Positions 62,079 through 64,000 of a stretch of DNA of 64,000 bases are shown one piece after another. Both the position numbers and the translations under genes were made by a program. The notes beneath the pieces were generated by a model. That model had not been told where the DNA came from. It did not search any database and saw only the letters and a list, made by a program, of their open reading frames with translations. The DNA is from Octopus vulgaris. Its lineage: Eukaryota. Numbering within the stretch: position 1 is the first letter of the stretch; every line of letters starts with the position of its first letter. The stretch is from positions 47,368,001 through 47,432,000 of the forward strand of contig OX597825.1 of NCBI GenBank assembly GCA_951406725.2, given 5' to 3'.

Positions 62079-62988
62079 GAGAGGCTGCATGGCAAGAAGA
62101 TTGCTTTCCAACCACATGGTTCTGGGTTCCGTCCCATTGCGTAGCACCTTGAGAAAGTGTCTAGCACTATAGCCTCGAACCAACTTAACCCTTGTGAGTG
62201 TATCTGGTAGACTGAAAGAAGCCCGTCGTACATATATATATATACATATAAAGGGAAAGTTTACGAAAACAAACATAAAACGAAGGCAGGTGGTGTACAA
62301 ACAAACAGATGTATTAGTGTAACGCTCAGGAATAGAAAAAGTCTTTTACGTTTCTAGCCTACGCTCTTCTACAGAAAGGTACACAGAAGAAACAAGGAGA
62401 GAAAAAAATGTGTGTAGTAGCTAACGATCTATCATGGCGTCTGACTCGGACAGAATGGTCAGAAGGGAAGGGGAAAGTAGGGGAGATAATAAGGTCAAGA
62501 TGACCTCCAACACGAAGGAGTCCCCAACACAAAGGTGCGTGTGCGTATAAGAGAGTATGTATGTGCGTGTGAAAGAGGGCTGGTGGTCTGTACGTGTGTG
62601 TGTATGTATAAGATGTGGGAATGGGTGTGTGGGTGGTGTGATGTGATGTGATGTGTGTATGTATGTGTAGGTGTAAAGATGTGGCGATGGGTGTGTGGGT
62701 GGTGTGTTGTGATGTGATGTTGTTGGGAGGTGGGGAAAGCACAGGTGGGGTGTGGGTTCGGCTGGAGGTTGGGGTAGAGTGGGGGTTGTGGGTAGGCAAT
62801 ATATATATATATATGTATGTATATATGTATATATATGTGTATGCATGTATTTGTGTGTCTGTGTTTTCTCCTCTCTATTGCTTGTCAACCGATGTTGGTG
62901 TGTTTTCCTCCTCGTAAGCTAGTGGTTTGGCAAAAGGGAACGATAGAATAAGTACTAGGCTAACAACGAATAAGTCCTGGGTTCGATT
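62079..62988 (+). mobile_element. SINE split by an HHR-bearing insertion (head 62079-62229, tail 62850-62988)
   Basis: The two SINE halves flank a 62250-62800 insert. Confidence 0.7.
62343..62378 (-). ncRNA. Minimal hammerhead variant (CUGUAGA core)
   Basis: cttt-CTGTAGA-a-gagc gtag gcta-GAAA-cg-TA-aaag. Confidence 0.5.
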
Positions 62989-63599
62989 TTTTTTGAGAAT
63001 AACGTATTATTCTATGAATATTACCTGCATATTACAATACTAGGTGTGCCGTTGGATTCACTAAGTCATTCAATTTCATAGGTATATGTTCTGCGCTCAG
63101 TTAACCCTTATACCAGCTTCAATAAATTCTTCATTGCTCTCATTACTATCGTTATAGATACAAACGTTCAGTATATCCCTGCTCTTATTCATATCATATC
63201 CGACACCATCTGTATAGGTATTATTATTACTACTAATATTTACTTTATCCTTATTTATATTTGTATTAATCGTAATTACCCGGTCCATATTAGCGAACTC
63301 TAATTTCTCTTAACTTGTGCGCTGCAATGATTTAGGTGAGGTTTCTTGGTGAAAAAAAATACGTGTAGGTTATGAAGCTGGTGCATCAGATAGTACTCGA
63401 AGGAAATCAGGGTTCTGTGGCCTGCTGCTAATGAGAAAGTAAAACATAAAGAGCTTAAAATCAAGGTGTGTCGAGCTCTTTATGAAATGGCAGGCTCTAC
63501 AGAGGAGAAACTAGGAAAATTAACAAGGTCAATATACGATACAGGAAAGGAATAATTTGGAATGAAAAATAGTATCCGATTAGCGAAAGAAAACTAGGG

Positions 63600-64000
63600 A
63601 CCAAGCAGGAGGATCAGAAAAATGAAACAGTTGAAGAAGGAAAAGACCAGCCGAAGAAAGCGATGGAAATGGGCTGCGGAAGACGAAAAATCTGGCCTCG
63701 TACTGCTGTACGACGATTTGAAAAGGAAATGCTGTTATGTGCAACGATATATTCGCCCATATGAGCGACAAAAGGAAAGTAAAGAAACTCGGGGGCAGTT
63801 TCTGAAGGGCCCGTACAAGGTTACTAAGAAGCTGTTCACTGAACCGAAGAGTGGACTTTATCGTGCACAAGAGAAGAATTTGAGGTTCATATCAAAGAAA
63901 CCTACAGCGATCCACATCGCAACCAGCCACTAAATGGTCTAAATCATATCTTAAAACCTGATATAGAATTCCAGATTGGGGGCATTAGGGAGAAAGAGGT
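63600..64000 (+). mobile_element. Hero/NeSL-like non-LTR retrotransposon fragment, running off the right edge
   Basis: RKRWKWAAEDEKSGL…RQKESKETRGQFLKGPYKVTKKLFTEPKSG resembles the pre-RT region of Hero-type elements (recognised from memory). Confidence 0.5.

Overview
AT-rich animal DNA, most likely octopus/cephalopod (inferred from the tRNA-derived SINE families and the extreme (TA)n density). No host protein-coding gene can be supported. The window is a mosaic of (TA)n/(CA)n microsatellites and transposable elements: Helitrons (PIF1 remnants and non-autonomous derivatives), CR1/L2-group, RTE, R4/Dong, Tx1/L1 and Hero-like LINE fragments, several Penelope-like elements (PLEs, including one Naiad-type with GIY-YIG upstream of RT), two mariners and at least 12 SINE copies. 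The main signal missed by the ORF track is a dense set of type I hammerhead ribozyme (HHR) motifs: about 10 near-canonical and about 8 decayed, read by eye. Many lie in long head-to-head inverted repeats with a minus-strand HHR in the left arm and a plus-strand HHR in the right arm (17.95-19.79 kb, 35.6-36.0 kb, 50.8-51.7 kb, possibly 59.9-60.9 kb). Two separate SINE/LINE pairs share 3' tails, one of them with a Tx1/L1-like LINE. All alignments were done by eye, so element boundaries are approximate.
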